From Perna viridis (taxonomy: Eukaryota), in the NCBI GenBank assembly GCA_037379345.1, contig CM074516.1, positions 24,800,001 to 24,864,000 of the forward strand: a DNA stretch of 64,000 nucleotides, read 5' to 3'. Shown piece after piece: positions 38,047 through 50,824 of the stretch; position 1 is the stretch's first letter, and the number at the start of each line of letters is the position of its first letter. The translations under genes and the position numbers were made by a program. Below the pieces are notes generated by a model. That model did no database searches and had not been told where the DNA came from. It saw only the letters and a program-made list of their open reading frames with translations.

Positions 38047-38781
38047 ATGGCATCCTGAGGAGCAACACGAGAATACAGTCACTTCCTTGTGAAGTACGAC
38101 GATGCATATGGTACCTTATATACCTGTCCAAGAGCAAAGATATTAGCAGAAGGTCGAATTCGTGTAGGGGAAAAATACATCGTACAATATGGAAACACCA
38201 CATCAGCACCAGAGACAGCAACCATCCTGGACACAGGTGACTACATGACAATGAAGAAGAAGCAGGGTGAGCTTGAAGAGTTCTACTCAACTCCAGACAC
38301 ATCACCAGTCCCATCACCCGAGTACAAAATTCGTAAAAGAAAACGCAATCTAGATAAACCAACAACTCAAAAGAAACCAAGACAAGAGGCAAAGAAGCTT
38401 CGCATCGGGGAAGGCAACAGCGACCCGTTCATCCTTAGATCAACAACACCGTCACCAGAACTCTCTCCACATCTACTTCCACCATCACCAGAAGATTTAT
38501 CAGACACCTCACCAGATACCAGGTTACCAACTTCCACCAACACTACTGAGACACAAACAACCCCTACCCATAAGGAACCAACTGCCTTCAGCTTATAACA
38601 GGCATTTTAGTGTATATACACTCAACTACAGATCAGCAACACAAGACTCAGTGAGATGGAGAGAATTATAGCTACACAACAGTCACAAATCAACTGGTTG
38701 GTTTCAAATCAGAAAATCGCCCTGACACAGCCATCGACTCCTACAAGACTAAAAAGAGACCTGAAGAAATTCATAATCTGA
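38047..38781 (+). pseudogene. Decayed intronless ORF divergent from the transposase (putative transposon accessory gene)
   Basis: One reading frame from ATG 38047 to TGA 38781 with three internal stops (38056, 38596, 38608); beta-rich N-terminus, KIRKRKR basic patch, Pro/Ser/Thr linker, heptad-like segment; TATAAAA at 38010. Confidence 0.65.
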
Positions 38782-39298
38782 ATACAGAAAGGTTTTATTC
38801 TTGCCTACTTTTATACAACCTGTGCCTGCTACTACCAGTATCTAACTTTTGAACTTATTTCTCATTAAATACGGTTATTCAAACTAAGATTCATCTAAGA
38901 ATAAAATGGTTCCTTAAGAAATGCAGACCCTAAAGTTACACTAAATACACGTGATTGAGGTGCACTGAATCATACCGAAGTGTAAAATGCTTGCAGAAAT
39001 TTACACCAACATTAAAAATTGAAACCATAAACAGATGTTCTTTTTTCATGTCACAACTCACAAATTTTTATTCTCATTACTCTATATGAATGTGTATTTA
39101 AGACCAACTCCCTACAATGCTTAAGCTTAGCACTCAAAATGCAACTGAGGCATTGCCTTGCTTTCATAGGAAGATAAACCCAACTGATTGGTTTTACATG
39201 TATCATCAACAATTCAATTATCTGTGGGGCAATGATAAGGTCACTCATTGTTTAGTTGGTGTAGTTGTTGAAAGATAACTATAAAAAGAAGAAAACTA

Positions 39299-39947
39299 CC
39301 CCGGTTAACACGATATCGTTAACACGGTACTTATCGCTAATACGGTTGAACAAAAACAAAACAAACCCGAACATGTTGTAAGAAAATGGTAAGTTTCTGC
39401 TATTTATCACTTTTCAGGATAATTAATACGCCTTGGAACTTGCATAGTAATGCTTATTTGACTGTACATGTAGCAACAGGATCGATTCAGTAACTTGTTA
39501 AAATCGACGTGTCAAACTAGGTACACCCCAAAAAAGATGTATTGTTCATTAAACCACGTTAAAAAAGAGTACCATTACTGTCCTTATCCGTGAAATCTAG
39601 ATGCTGACATTATAAGCGAATATTGTAAAATGGTTGTTAAAGATATTAAAGGTTTTGATATGTCAAAACCTTCCTCTTCCCTTCTACACTCGATAGAAAT
39701 ATATGAAAACAATACGTCATTTTTTGGGGTGTACCTAGTTTGACACATTGTTTTTCGCAAGTTACTGAATCGATCCCGTTGCTACATGTACGGTCAAATA
39801 AGCATTCCTATGTGAGTTCAAAGGCGTATTAATTATCCTGAAAAGTGATGAAAAAATAGCACAAACTTACCACGTTCAGGTTTGTTTTGTTTATGTTCAA
39901 CCGTATTAGCGATATGTACTGTGTTAACGATATTGTGTTAACCCGGG
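39299..39947. mobile_element. Foldback MITE, 649 bp, ~250-bp TIRs, TA target-site duplication (Tc1/mariner type)
   Basis: TA|CCCCGGTTAACAC ... GTGTTAACCCGGG|TA; arms 39299-~39548 and ~39703-39947 are reverse complements with scattered differences. Confidence 0.9.
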
Positions 39948-41427
39948 TAAAAAAAATCATGGTTGGAATCGCTCCAAGATGGGCAGAGTTAGGAAAAAAT
40001 CCCAGTTCCAGGTGGGGTTTTGGATATTCAAGGGCCTGGGAGTAGGCCACAGGGTCAACAAAGCATCTCAGCCACTAGTACTGAGTAAAAAATACTCTTT
40101 TCTGGGATTTTTCACTGGGAATATTTTTGTGTTTTGAGCACCATGCATCGATCAAAACAAGGTTACACCATTAAATGCTTCCCTTGGCACAGCTTGATTC
40201 ACATGTACAACTTCAAAGATCAAACCCTAAACAGTTTTGGTAAGTATGGACAAACCATTCAAGCCTGATATAGCTCTGAATTTTGATTAAATATTTGATA
40301 AGATAAGAATTTGACCAGAATCAAAAGTCTTGTTTTGGAGGTATTGTTGTTCAATTTCATAGAGATTCATTCCCTAACATGTACAAAGTACAAAATGTAC
40401 AATTACAGGTACATCAAGTTATTATCCAGATTTCATGAAAATGCTTGTTTCTGGTCCTTTTTTGGCCCCCAATTCCTAAATTGTTCAAGTGACAAACCCC
40501 AAAAAGCAATACCAGATAGCCTTCCTTGTATGGTATACCTTGTGGTATAATTTCATAAAGATTCATACACTTACATGTACATTGTAGTGATCAAATTTAC
40601 AGGGAAATATTTGCTAAATGCAAGTTGAAGTTCAATTTTGCTAGTAAAAATTATTTCCACTTGCTAAAATTTTCTAGTGGAATTTTATATGTCACGTAAG
40701 TAAAGTCCAGAAATAACTCAAAAAACTTAAATTTAGAGATTGTAAATTTTCAGTATTTACTCAATTTAGCTAGTTGAAAAAATTCTGAAATTCAATCCCT
40801 GCATTGTTGTACATTGTATATTCAAGTTATTGATGGAAACCAAATTTTCTATAGACCTAATGATAGACATCAATGACAGCATAACATAATAAGACCATTT
40901 TTGCCATTATTTTTGTTGTCGTATAAAATTATATCTCCAGCGTAATCCCTTTCAGCGCTGGAGATATTTTTTGTTTTTGACCACCAAAAGGGATTAATCC
41001 CCAGTGTTGAAAGATTAACCCCTGAACAAGTTCTTCAGAAAGATATTCAGAAGGCTGGGCTTCGCCATTAACATATGTTGATTCGCTTACACTTTCAAAC
41101 GTACACAACGTATTTAAGGTTATTCAAGCCTTGTTTTCCGAAACAATGTCAATGGGTTGAGGGGTCGAAATTAGGAACAAGATATATGTACAATAAAGTC
41201 AATATATCATAAATTATAAAGATAGGTCAAGTATAATGCTATGTCAAAAAATTATCTTTCGTAAACTAGAAGTTAAATAATGAGTTCCACTTTGATACAT
41301 ACAAGGAAAAAATACCACGTTGACAACTATCACACATTTGACAGTTCCATTTTCATTTCCTAAACAAACATCTAAACACCGTATCGGACACGGAAAAGCT
41401 ACGGACTCATTCCCGCCTTTTACAAAA

Positions 41428-44400
41428 ATGGCTGACATTGGAGCAAAATCTGTTTCTCAAAAGATAAACAAATTACGTTGGAAAAATTTCGTGAACAATA
41501 CTTTAGATGGTCCAGATACATTTGTGACAGGAAGTTGGGACGATGAGGTTTTTTTGTTTTGATAAACTGAAATCACCGCAGGCCTAAATATAAAAAAAAA
41601 CCGTACCGTTTTTCTATGAATAATCTGATTTTTATACATGATTTATTTAGTTCACTTTTAGTTTAGAGACAGGCATTCAAGGTTCCCATAAGTATGTTTA
41701 TACTCAGTACATGTTACACGGTTATATTTAGTTTCCAGTAACTTGAAGTGATAGACTTTGTCTTAGATAGTGTTACTATTCGCCATGCATTCAATTTTTT
41801 GTATCATTTGATGTATGAGACTGAAAGTACAAAAATGTACATGCACACTAGGTGTAATGCAGAATGTGGGAAAGTCACATAAAAATGTAACTGTCAATAT
41901 AATATTTTTGGTTTTTAAGAAAAATAACCACATTGACATAGTCTTTTTAAATTTAGGGTAAATATTTAAAATATCACACAAGAGCTCACAAAATTACACT
42001 GTCCCTACAGAGGATCAGACCCTAGACCACTCGTTGACAGGCCAGTGACAGTTCAGCTAAAGAACTAATTTTTTAGCTAACTGACGATAATAGCTATTAC
42101 CTACATGTACAGCAACATAGTTTGATCAGCCTGCCCCACTAACCCATTACACAACTACACTACTGTCAACGCCTATTTTAATTTCTCCACTCTCAATAGT
42201 GAAGCAATGGAGAACATGAGTGACTGCACTGTGAAGAGACGAGAAATCAAAATTTTGGTTGTTGGTAGTGTAGTTCAAACAGCTATCCACACCCCATGGT
42301 TTTAGTTTAGGGCACCCAATTTAATGGAAGAGCATAATTTAATCACAAAGTTACATATATACCGTTCAAACTCGATGATTGGCCAGAACCATTCAGTTAT
42401 TTTAAAGTTTTTTTTTAACTTTTTAGCTGAATTTTATCACTGGACTGTCACCCAGCAGTCAAGGGTTCAATTCTTATGGTGATGGTATTGCTTTGTTACG
42501 TAAAATATGCTCTCCTGTTACAAAATCTTGACATATATGTCACACTGGGTTTGCAGGCATATTTGGTGTCATACCTATGGAAAATTTATGCACTATTTTT
42601 AAGAGTTTGTTAGTGCTGTTAAAGTATACATACCATTTAATCATAAATGCCAATTTTGTAAATATGAAAAGTGAGCATAAAAATTAAAGTGTTAAAAAGT
42701 TTCTTTCAACATGTGGTGAAATATCAAATTTATCTTAGAATTTTTTTAATCACTAGCATCCATGGCTCAGTTCAAAACTTTACTCAGGAAAACTTTTATA
42801 GGTTGCTCTAGGCTTACCCAGTGGATAACTTGTATAGATCGCAGTTAAGACTTATCCACTGGATAACTTACATAGATGACACTAAACTTATCCAGTGGGT
42901 CCATTTTATCCAGCAGATATTCTTTGGAACTTGTTTGATAAGTGCAACTACTTAGACAACAATAATAATGTTTAATAAATGTATATATGGTTTCTTATTC
43001 TAGATGAACAAAGTGTCTCTGTGGAGATTTGATCAGACACAGATTTTAGAAGGACCTGAAAAAGAAGGACTTAGAGAACCTGTTCTGGTTTGTGATGCTC
43101 CACATTCTGGCAACGTTACTGGTTTAGAAGTAAGTTTATAAAATATCAGACTTCATGAATTTTATCATTGTTTGCATTTCTTCTTAATCACTTTTATTTT
43201 GCCTTTTCTAGTAAGAGTATGAAAATGATTAAATGAAGCTGTGCCATGTGTGAATGCGGGACATCTCGGCCCACAGACATCTCAAATCTTGATCACTCGG
43301 CCTATTGTCCAGACTACTTGACCTGTGAATAAAATTTTCTAGAACTTGTTTTAACTCACTTATTAGTCAAATTCTCAATCCTATCATTAATATTTTACCT
43401 TTTATAAACAGGAAATGAAGATCAGTGATTGTCCCCCGCCACAACGCGGAGCAGGGACATAGAAATGCTGGTGTCCGTCAGTGCGTCCGAAGCTTGTGGA
43501 CGCAACTCCTCAGAAACTGCTGAACAAAATTTGACCGAATTTTGTAGGATTGTTTGTCACCATATGTAGTTGATCATATTTAACCGCTTAATCGTCAATT
43601 TTTATGGGAGATACGGGACTGCGTTCATTTTTCATGTTCTTTTTTTTGCAGATTTTTTTTTTGTTGTATGAAGAATTCTTACCTAACTTAATTTGATTCA
43701 TTAAGATACATTAACCTTGAATTGCCACATGGACTTATGAAAGCACATAAGTTTTGAATCTGCTATTTATACAAGTGTCAAACATTTGTAATTCAACTCT
43801 TTATACAGCGGCGGGGGACATATGGCTACACGTAGCATTCTTGTTTTAACCAAGTAATATTGGTGGTAAAATTCAAATTGATTTTATTTTCTTAAGCTGA
43901 TGTTGGTTTTATTTAAGTATTATTATAATGTATGATAAATACTCTGTTAATATAGTTTTTTAAATTTAAATGCACATTAACTTTTGGATAGATTTAAAAT
44001 TGGATAAAAAGGTGAAATTGAACAAAATTTGTAAATGTGTGTTAGATGGATCAGTAGTATTGATTGACTTTCAGTTTATCCATATTAAAAAATGAAGTTC
44101 TTAATAGTATTTAAAATGTAATGTATGATCATAGTTTTAATTAACATCATATAATCTTTGAAATTTTGTTCATACTACAATTTTCACAAGAATAAAAACC
44201 ACCAGTGCTATCAGCACTTTGATCATAAATATCTTTGCAATCAGTTTAAGTGATGAAATGGGAATCTTAGGATATCACAGACAGTCATTGTAGATTTTGT
44301 AAAAAAAACCTTTAGGGTAAGCACAGACAATTTGGGTTCAGTGTTCTTGTATTTGATTTTGCTGCATATTTCTGTCCAGTGATGCTGTGCATCCATTGGT

Positions 44401-47400
44401 TTTATCCTTTTGTGACATTGTTGTAATTGTATACTTTTAAACTTTTTTTTGCAGTTTGTTTCTGGAGAACATATTGTAGCATCTTCATCATCAGGAACGG
44501 TCACATTGTATAAACATCATACAAATTCACAGGTATGTAACATTTGAGATAAAAATACCATACAATTACAGGGTGTCAAATTAACTACTACTGTATTTAT
44601 ACAGTAGTTTAATATTGTCTTCTGTTTATACCTTTTTCATTTTGAGTAATCAGGTGCCAAGTTATAGAATACTTCCTACTATATCCACATTCAAGAGAAG
44701 ACATAAAATGATACAATTTATCATCTTTTTCCTGTTATATTTGAGATTTTTCAGTATGAAATACAGTTGCTGGATGAAAACGTTGTATGAGTGTTGCTTG
44801 AAAATATTCAATTCATTTATACTTCAATTTTGCAAAAAAGTCAGAATTGCTGGGGGCACCCTCTGATCTGTCCCGTTTGTGTACAAATAAATTTGATATT
44901 TTCCAGCAATGTATATGTATTGTATATAAAATGTATCTCTTGTGATATTTATTGGATTGGAATTTCACAGCACAAAGTTATTCAGTATGATATAAAGAAG
45001 TGAAAATTTAGATTTTGATTAATCTAAATAATAAAATTTCAGGTTTTTACCATTTAAATTGAGGGAGACATATGGTTTAACAAGCTCTAATTCATCATAA
45101 TTTTATCTTCTCCATTTAACATGTATAATGGGTTATGAATGTTTAACCCAGAGACGTATTTTGTAGACATTAGGTTATATACATCAATGGGAGAGATTGC
45201 ATCATCATTTTCACCAGCCATGTCCTTGTACTTGCCTTGCAGTAAGAGATGACATCATAGTTACTGCCGGAGAGGATGGCAGGATAAATGCCCTCAATGC
45301 TTTACATAAAGATCCCATTAGAACGTTAGGTTTGTTCAGTTAAAAAAGGCTTTTCTTGTGATTCTATGGATTTCTTTTATTATAATATGTATTACTGAGT
45401 AGTGGGAAATTTGTCGTTAGATCCTCATTTTGGTTTTATTTGTGAGGAGCAGGGAGTCACAGAAATAAAAGCTTGCAAAATATAAGACCTTATCTATGGA
45501 TGTGAAAAAATGAAGACTGTGAACCAATTTAATACCCTATTCAATTTCATAGAGCAAATTGGGAAATTTGGCACCAGTGAAAATTACCTGCTGTACAGAA
45601 ATATGTTTATACAGTCGACTCCACTTAATCGCATATCGCTTTATTGCATATTTCGGTTATTAGCATAATTTTCTCCTGCACAAAACCATTTCCTATTATT
45701 CTATTAGGGAAAAAAATCGCTTATTTGCATAGGCCTTGCAGGTGCATTTTGGTGTATTGCATAGAGAATTTTGCCTCATCCAGGTAAAGACAGGTTTTCC
45801 CAAATTCTATTTTAAGCCTTCGGGTCATAAATATGTCAATCATATTTATTGTTGTAAAAACTATATTATCATCAATCAGGAGGTGTTATTAATGGATTAA
45901 AAACATAATGGACATAGAAGACAATTTAAATGATTTCTAATTACATTAAAATAAACAAGCATATAGGTGAACAATGACTTTCGACAACATGCCAAACATC
46001 ACCTTATGATGCAGCTTGGGGTTCGGCTTGGGATATTTTTTGTCCCTATTTAAATTCTTCCGACTACAAATGATTATCAATGTAAATTTAATTTTCTTTT
46101 ATGAGCTGAACAGTTTTTAGTGAGCTTGGGTTACTAGGTATAAATATCAACTGAAAATTTAAAGTCATCATTCATTCAGTACAATGTCTAATGAAATTCA
46201 ACTACCCTAAGGTGCCCCATACTATCCACACTTCATAGGAATATATCGAGGTCAATGACACGTATAATACACAACTATCAGTGTACAATGGTGATGAACA
46301 GAGGAATAAAAACACACAGACCATTTCAAAAGCCCACAAACTGCAAACATTGATGAATATTACACTGAATCCTGGCTGAAATATGAAATATTGGATTTTC
46401 TTTCATAGAAAGGTCAGGAAATTACTTGACTATTTATAGATGAGAAACATGTGGTTTTACTTATAAATACACACAATGTAAAGAAGGTCAATAAACAAGA
46501 CAAACACAATATATATTATTATTTATTGATGAAAGAACAATACAATGAGAAGGTCTATAACAATTAAATACCAGATCAGAAATGTTGAACAGTGATATCC
46601 CTGGTTGATCCACAGTGTCGTCGTCTTACCTGAACTCACACTTCCGGTAAAATCGTAATTTTGGTTATAAGAATAGCCCGGTTATTTGCATAATTTTTAC
46701 TGGCAAATAGGCTATGCAATTAAGCGGAATCCACTGTAATTGTATTATATTTCCTTAAATTTTTTCATGCCAGAGTTTTCATGTGAAGCCCATTACTATT
46801 CTGAATGTTATTAGCTAGGGTCATATATAGCCTTATTGGTCAAAGGTTGACGTCTACACACTATGACGTATGTAAAGCTAGGTCATATTGAATATCTGTT
46901 AAGGTCCTTTTCAAGTTAGGCCAAACAAACATATTTGTTTTAAGGTAACCCAATCTACCGTAGCACATTTTTTGGTACTTTTTTCATAAAGTGCTGCTTA
47001 GATATCATTTTTTAGCACTATTTAAGGAAAAAATCCTCCCATAATTGGCATATAAATTTATCTAAAAAATTTAAAAAATACCTACTAACCTACATGTACC
47101 CTATTTTTTTCATCCAATGCAACCTAAAACAAAAATTTTGTTTTGGCCTTATAAATTTGACCAGTCAAAGTTTTTGAAATCTTGAAATGAGGTTCATGAA
47201 ACTGTACCATGGCATTAGGCATATGTGTACATGTACATGTTTCTTGTAGTACAATTATTATACATATATGCTGATGTCATGAATACTACGCATAATATTA
47301 ATATTGTAGCAAGTAAAGAATTAGAAAATTTTCATGTCAAAAGTATCCAGTTGTCCATACATGCAAAATTAAATTTTTTTTTTCTTTATCACTTCACAAA

Positions 47401-50400
47401 CCAAATATATGATATGAATTGTAATTGTAGATAAAGCTGATAGCTGTACTATAACAGGCATTACCTTCCTAAAACAGTTTGAATTCATCACAGTAAATAA
47501 CACCGGCCAGCTAAAGACCTATGACATGAGGAGTAAGGCTGATGAGCCAGCTCAGACATTGTCTGTGTGAGTTTTCAGTTCTTGATTTTGAATTGTTTTC
47601 TTTCCAGATTCTGAATACTAGTTCATGTTATTATTTTGAAGGGAGAATATTTGTTTGATCAGTTTTGCCTCGGTGGTCTTTGGTAGCATGCTCGTCTTGA
47701 TTGCCAGAGGTCATGGGTTCAATCCAATTCAATCACTCCAAAAACTCTAATATTTTTTGTCACTGTGTTATTTCCACTAAGCAAACTACATATAGGCAAT
47801 GGAGTAATGGCTGGTTGGCTTGGAGTCTGAATAATGTGTCCTGTTTGAGGGAAATGCCTACCTGCTTGCTGTTGCTTCTTAGAGCTAGTACTAAAAGATT
47901 TTAGGCCTTCTTGTCCAACTAGTAATAAGCATTGTCTGTTGGATCTTGTCCTTAAATGCATTAGGTATCTGCCATTGTGAAAAACAATCAGTCTGTTTTT
48001 GTGTTACTTTTGTATGGAGTACTTACATTTTGCAGGTAGGGAACAATGTATTATAAAGTGTAATACTGAAATAGTCTTGTAGCTGCATGCATAAAATAGG
48101 GGGGGTGTTAATTGTATGATCAATTATTTTTTAAGGTACCATTATTTACACTCTTTTATTCTCTTAGAATAGAAAAAAATGCACTACAATATACAATATT
48201 ATTTCAAAAATAACTTTTTGTTTACAGGACTGGAGACCTGACACCCTTACAGTGTGTAGATAAACATCCTAGTCAGGCACATATAGTAGCAACAGGGGGA
48301 GATGATGGCACACTTGGTCTGTGGGATTTACGACAAGAGAAATGTCCTGTCTCTCTACTTGAGGCTCACTCTAGTACAAGTAAGATATAAATTCAAAGTA
48401 TTTTATAATGCCAGTCATGGGCCCATGTGGCAATAACAACATTTAGGATTCAATACCCATGTACACACACCAACACATTACACACATGCACACACAAACA
48501 CATTACACATGTACGCACATCAACACATTACACACTAACTCACACCGTCACACATTAATAGTTGTTACACAGAGGTATACAACTAATACTTATTAAAGCA
48601 TTCAAGTAAGTGGTTATAAACTGAACATACTGAATAAATAATTTATTCATGTGGTAGTACATTTACTCAAACTGTTAGACCAGTGGAGCATAGAGACTAT
48701 CCAAATTGTGATCTAACAGAGGGTGGTGTTTATAATATAACAATATTGAGATCTATGTGATTTACAAAAGAAGTTGACAAAAGAATTACATACATGACAT
48801 AGACACAGATCCACTTATAACTTTTAGAAACAAACTACATTAAAGCTGCATTGGCTGTCATTTTCATAAATTTTTGATTCTGTTGAAATATGCTTTAAAT
48901 ATGAATTATATCTACGAATTGTACTTTTCATGTATAATTTCATTTCATATCCACAAATAAAATGCATTAAATACATGAAATAGGTGTCTATATATTTATT
49001 GTCTTGCAAGACAAAAAAATCGACCTAGATAAATTCGTATGCATGTGACATCTGGTGACCTTAATCCATGCATGTGCTGTAAGGGTCACCTTTTTAATAA
49101 CAAAGCAAAAGTGGTTATTCAACGGCAAGGTAGAACGAAGGATTCAAGCTGTGAAAGAAAAATAATCGAATATAACACAAGGATCCTTTTGAAATTTACG
49201 TATTGTGATATAATGTGGCACACATATAGTCATTGTCTGTTTGAAAACTAATCAAGAAATAGTTGAAATGAAATGAAAACAAGACACGTGCTTACCTGTG
49301 TATCTGTTATTGTTATTTTTTTACCAAGGTTAAAGTATTTTTAACCCAGGTTAATGTCCTATCGCAAACTTTTGAAGTAATGGCGAAAAATAATTAGATC
49401 AGAGCCATCAGTTTTCTCTGATTAGAAAAAACGTGGTTTTCACAATATTCTGTAGGTATTATTGACATTTATTGCTTCAATTGTGTTACTACAATCTTAT
49501 TTCATTGAATCAGCAAAATTCAGTAGAATCAACACTGAACAAATTTGGCAGCTAATGCAGCTTTAAGAGACATTAACAAAAACTTTCATGTTCATATTTT
49601 TTTTCAGTGTGGGAGTTGAAATTTCACAGGACTAACCCAGAGCATTTATTTTCCTGTTCCGATGATGGGACAGTCTGGCATTGGGATGCTACACAAATTA
49701 ATTCATTAGCCATGGGAACAGATAATCCTTATGCAATATCTGGTGAGTTCATTTTAGCTAGAGCTATGTCAATTTGAAAACCAGTTCTGTAGAAGAACAT
49801 GATTATTGGTGCTGCTTTCATTGTTTGCAAACACAAAAAAAAGTCCTAAAGGTTGGTCTCACTCATGAAGCAATGAAAAGAAAAAAATGATATAAACAGA
49901 TATAGTACTAAGGTCCATTTACAAGCTTTGCCATTTTGTAAATCATGTTATTTGAGATTTGGTGAAAGTCCTAATCAAGTTTATATATGGTGTCAAAAGG
50001 TCTGTTTTTTGTATATATGTACTGTTTGCTAAATTTTGATGAATATGATGATTATCTTGCCTGGGTTCCATAAACAGTCTTAAATTGAGAATCTTCTCAA
50101 ATTCTGAATTTTTTACCCTGATCTTCATTTTCAAGCCATGTGATTGTTCAAAATTTATTTGAGTTCAGAAAATAACTAAGGAAAATCTCCGTTTGATTTT
50201 TTTTTTATAGAACATTGAGTGGGTTTTTAAATGGCAAATTCCCACGCTTGTATAATATATATATTTTTTTTATATTTGGTAAGCATTTTAGAGCTCTATA
50301 CATTGTGTAACTTTCTGAGACATTAACAACTTTTTTTTTATCATTTTGCATTATACTTATGTCATGAAATTACTCCAAGTAAAGTTTGTCCATATGTCTG

Positions 50401-50824
50401 TCTAAATATCTTGTGAGACTAACTTTTCCTAAACTGTTCAAGGATTTTGATAAATTTTGTTAGACTTTTAATTTTGATCAGATGAAGTTGAGGGGGAGAT
50501 AATCCAACTTAAAGTTTCAATATTATTTTCATCCACTTGTAAGGGTATTCTTTTTGGGCTTGCTCGAAGTATTTCCTACTCATTCTTTTGATAAGAACTT
50601 ATGCTGTTATGCTATTTTAAATTTCAGATGCAGATTCAAGATATCCGAAGATGCCAAGAAACCCATGGCTGGCTACAGACATTGCCAAAAGTAAAATGGA
50701 AATCACATCACTATTGTCAGAACCATCTCTCCCTATCAACACATTGGACATAGTTAACCAAACATTATTATGTGGTAGTGATGCTGAGACTATATACACT
50801 GTCAATTTACAAGCACTCAGATGA
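41428..50824 (+). CDS. NUP43: Nucleoporin Nup43 (WD40, Y-complex), 368 aa
   Basis: Eight phase-compatible exons: 41428-41547, 43004-43129, 44455-44532, 45167-45329, 47431-47566, 48228-48379, 49608-49742, 50628-50824 (sum 1107 nt). Diagnostic AKSVSQKINKLRW...FVTGSWDDE, VTAGEDGRIN, CVDKHPSQAHIVATGGDDG, WELKFH...PEHLFSCSDDG, LLCGSDAE. Confidence 0.96.
43428..43846 (+). mobile_element. Second HINE-like non-autonomous element
   Basis: 5' TGTCCCCCGCC with subterminal inverted GGCGGGGGACA (~43810-43821), following hairpin GCTAC-AC-GTAGC and TCTTGTTTT; GTCCG microsatellite remnant near the 5' end. Confidence 0.7.
45612..46736. mobile_element. Non-autonomous pogo/Tigger-like DNA transposon, TA TSD
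   Basis: TA|CAGTCGACTCCACTTAATCGCATA ... TATGCAATTAAGCGGAATCCACTG|TA; no internal ORF. Confidence 0.8.
47665..47990 (+). mobile_element. Decayed tRNA-derived SINE (V-domain/RUDI-like)
   Basis: A-box-like GGTGGTCTTTGGTAGC, B-box GGGTTCAATCC, central GGCTGGTTGGCTTGGAGTCTGAATAATGTGTCC resembling the molluscan V-SINE core as I recall it, and an AAACAATCA tail. Confidence 0.6.
49370..49562 (-). repeat. Dispersed ~190-bp repeat, partner of 1476-1665
   Basis: Reverse-complement alignment to 1476-1665. Confidence 0.7.

Noticed and set aside
38056-38058. In-frame TGA as selenocysteine or readthrough
   Set aside because: The same frame also has TAA and TAG stops, and no SECIS was recognised; decay is the simpler explanation.
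38781-39298. Right TIR for the DD35E element
   Set aside because: No reverse complement of CAGTAGCCACC found by eye; the nearby foldback has different ends and its own TSD.
47665-47740. Possible tRNA gene
   Set aside because: A/B-box remnants only, no cloverleaf; it continues into a SINE body.
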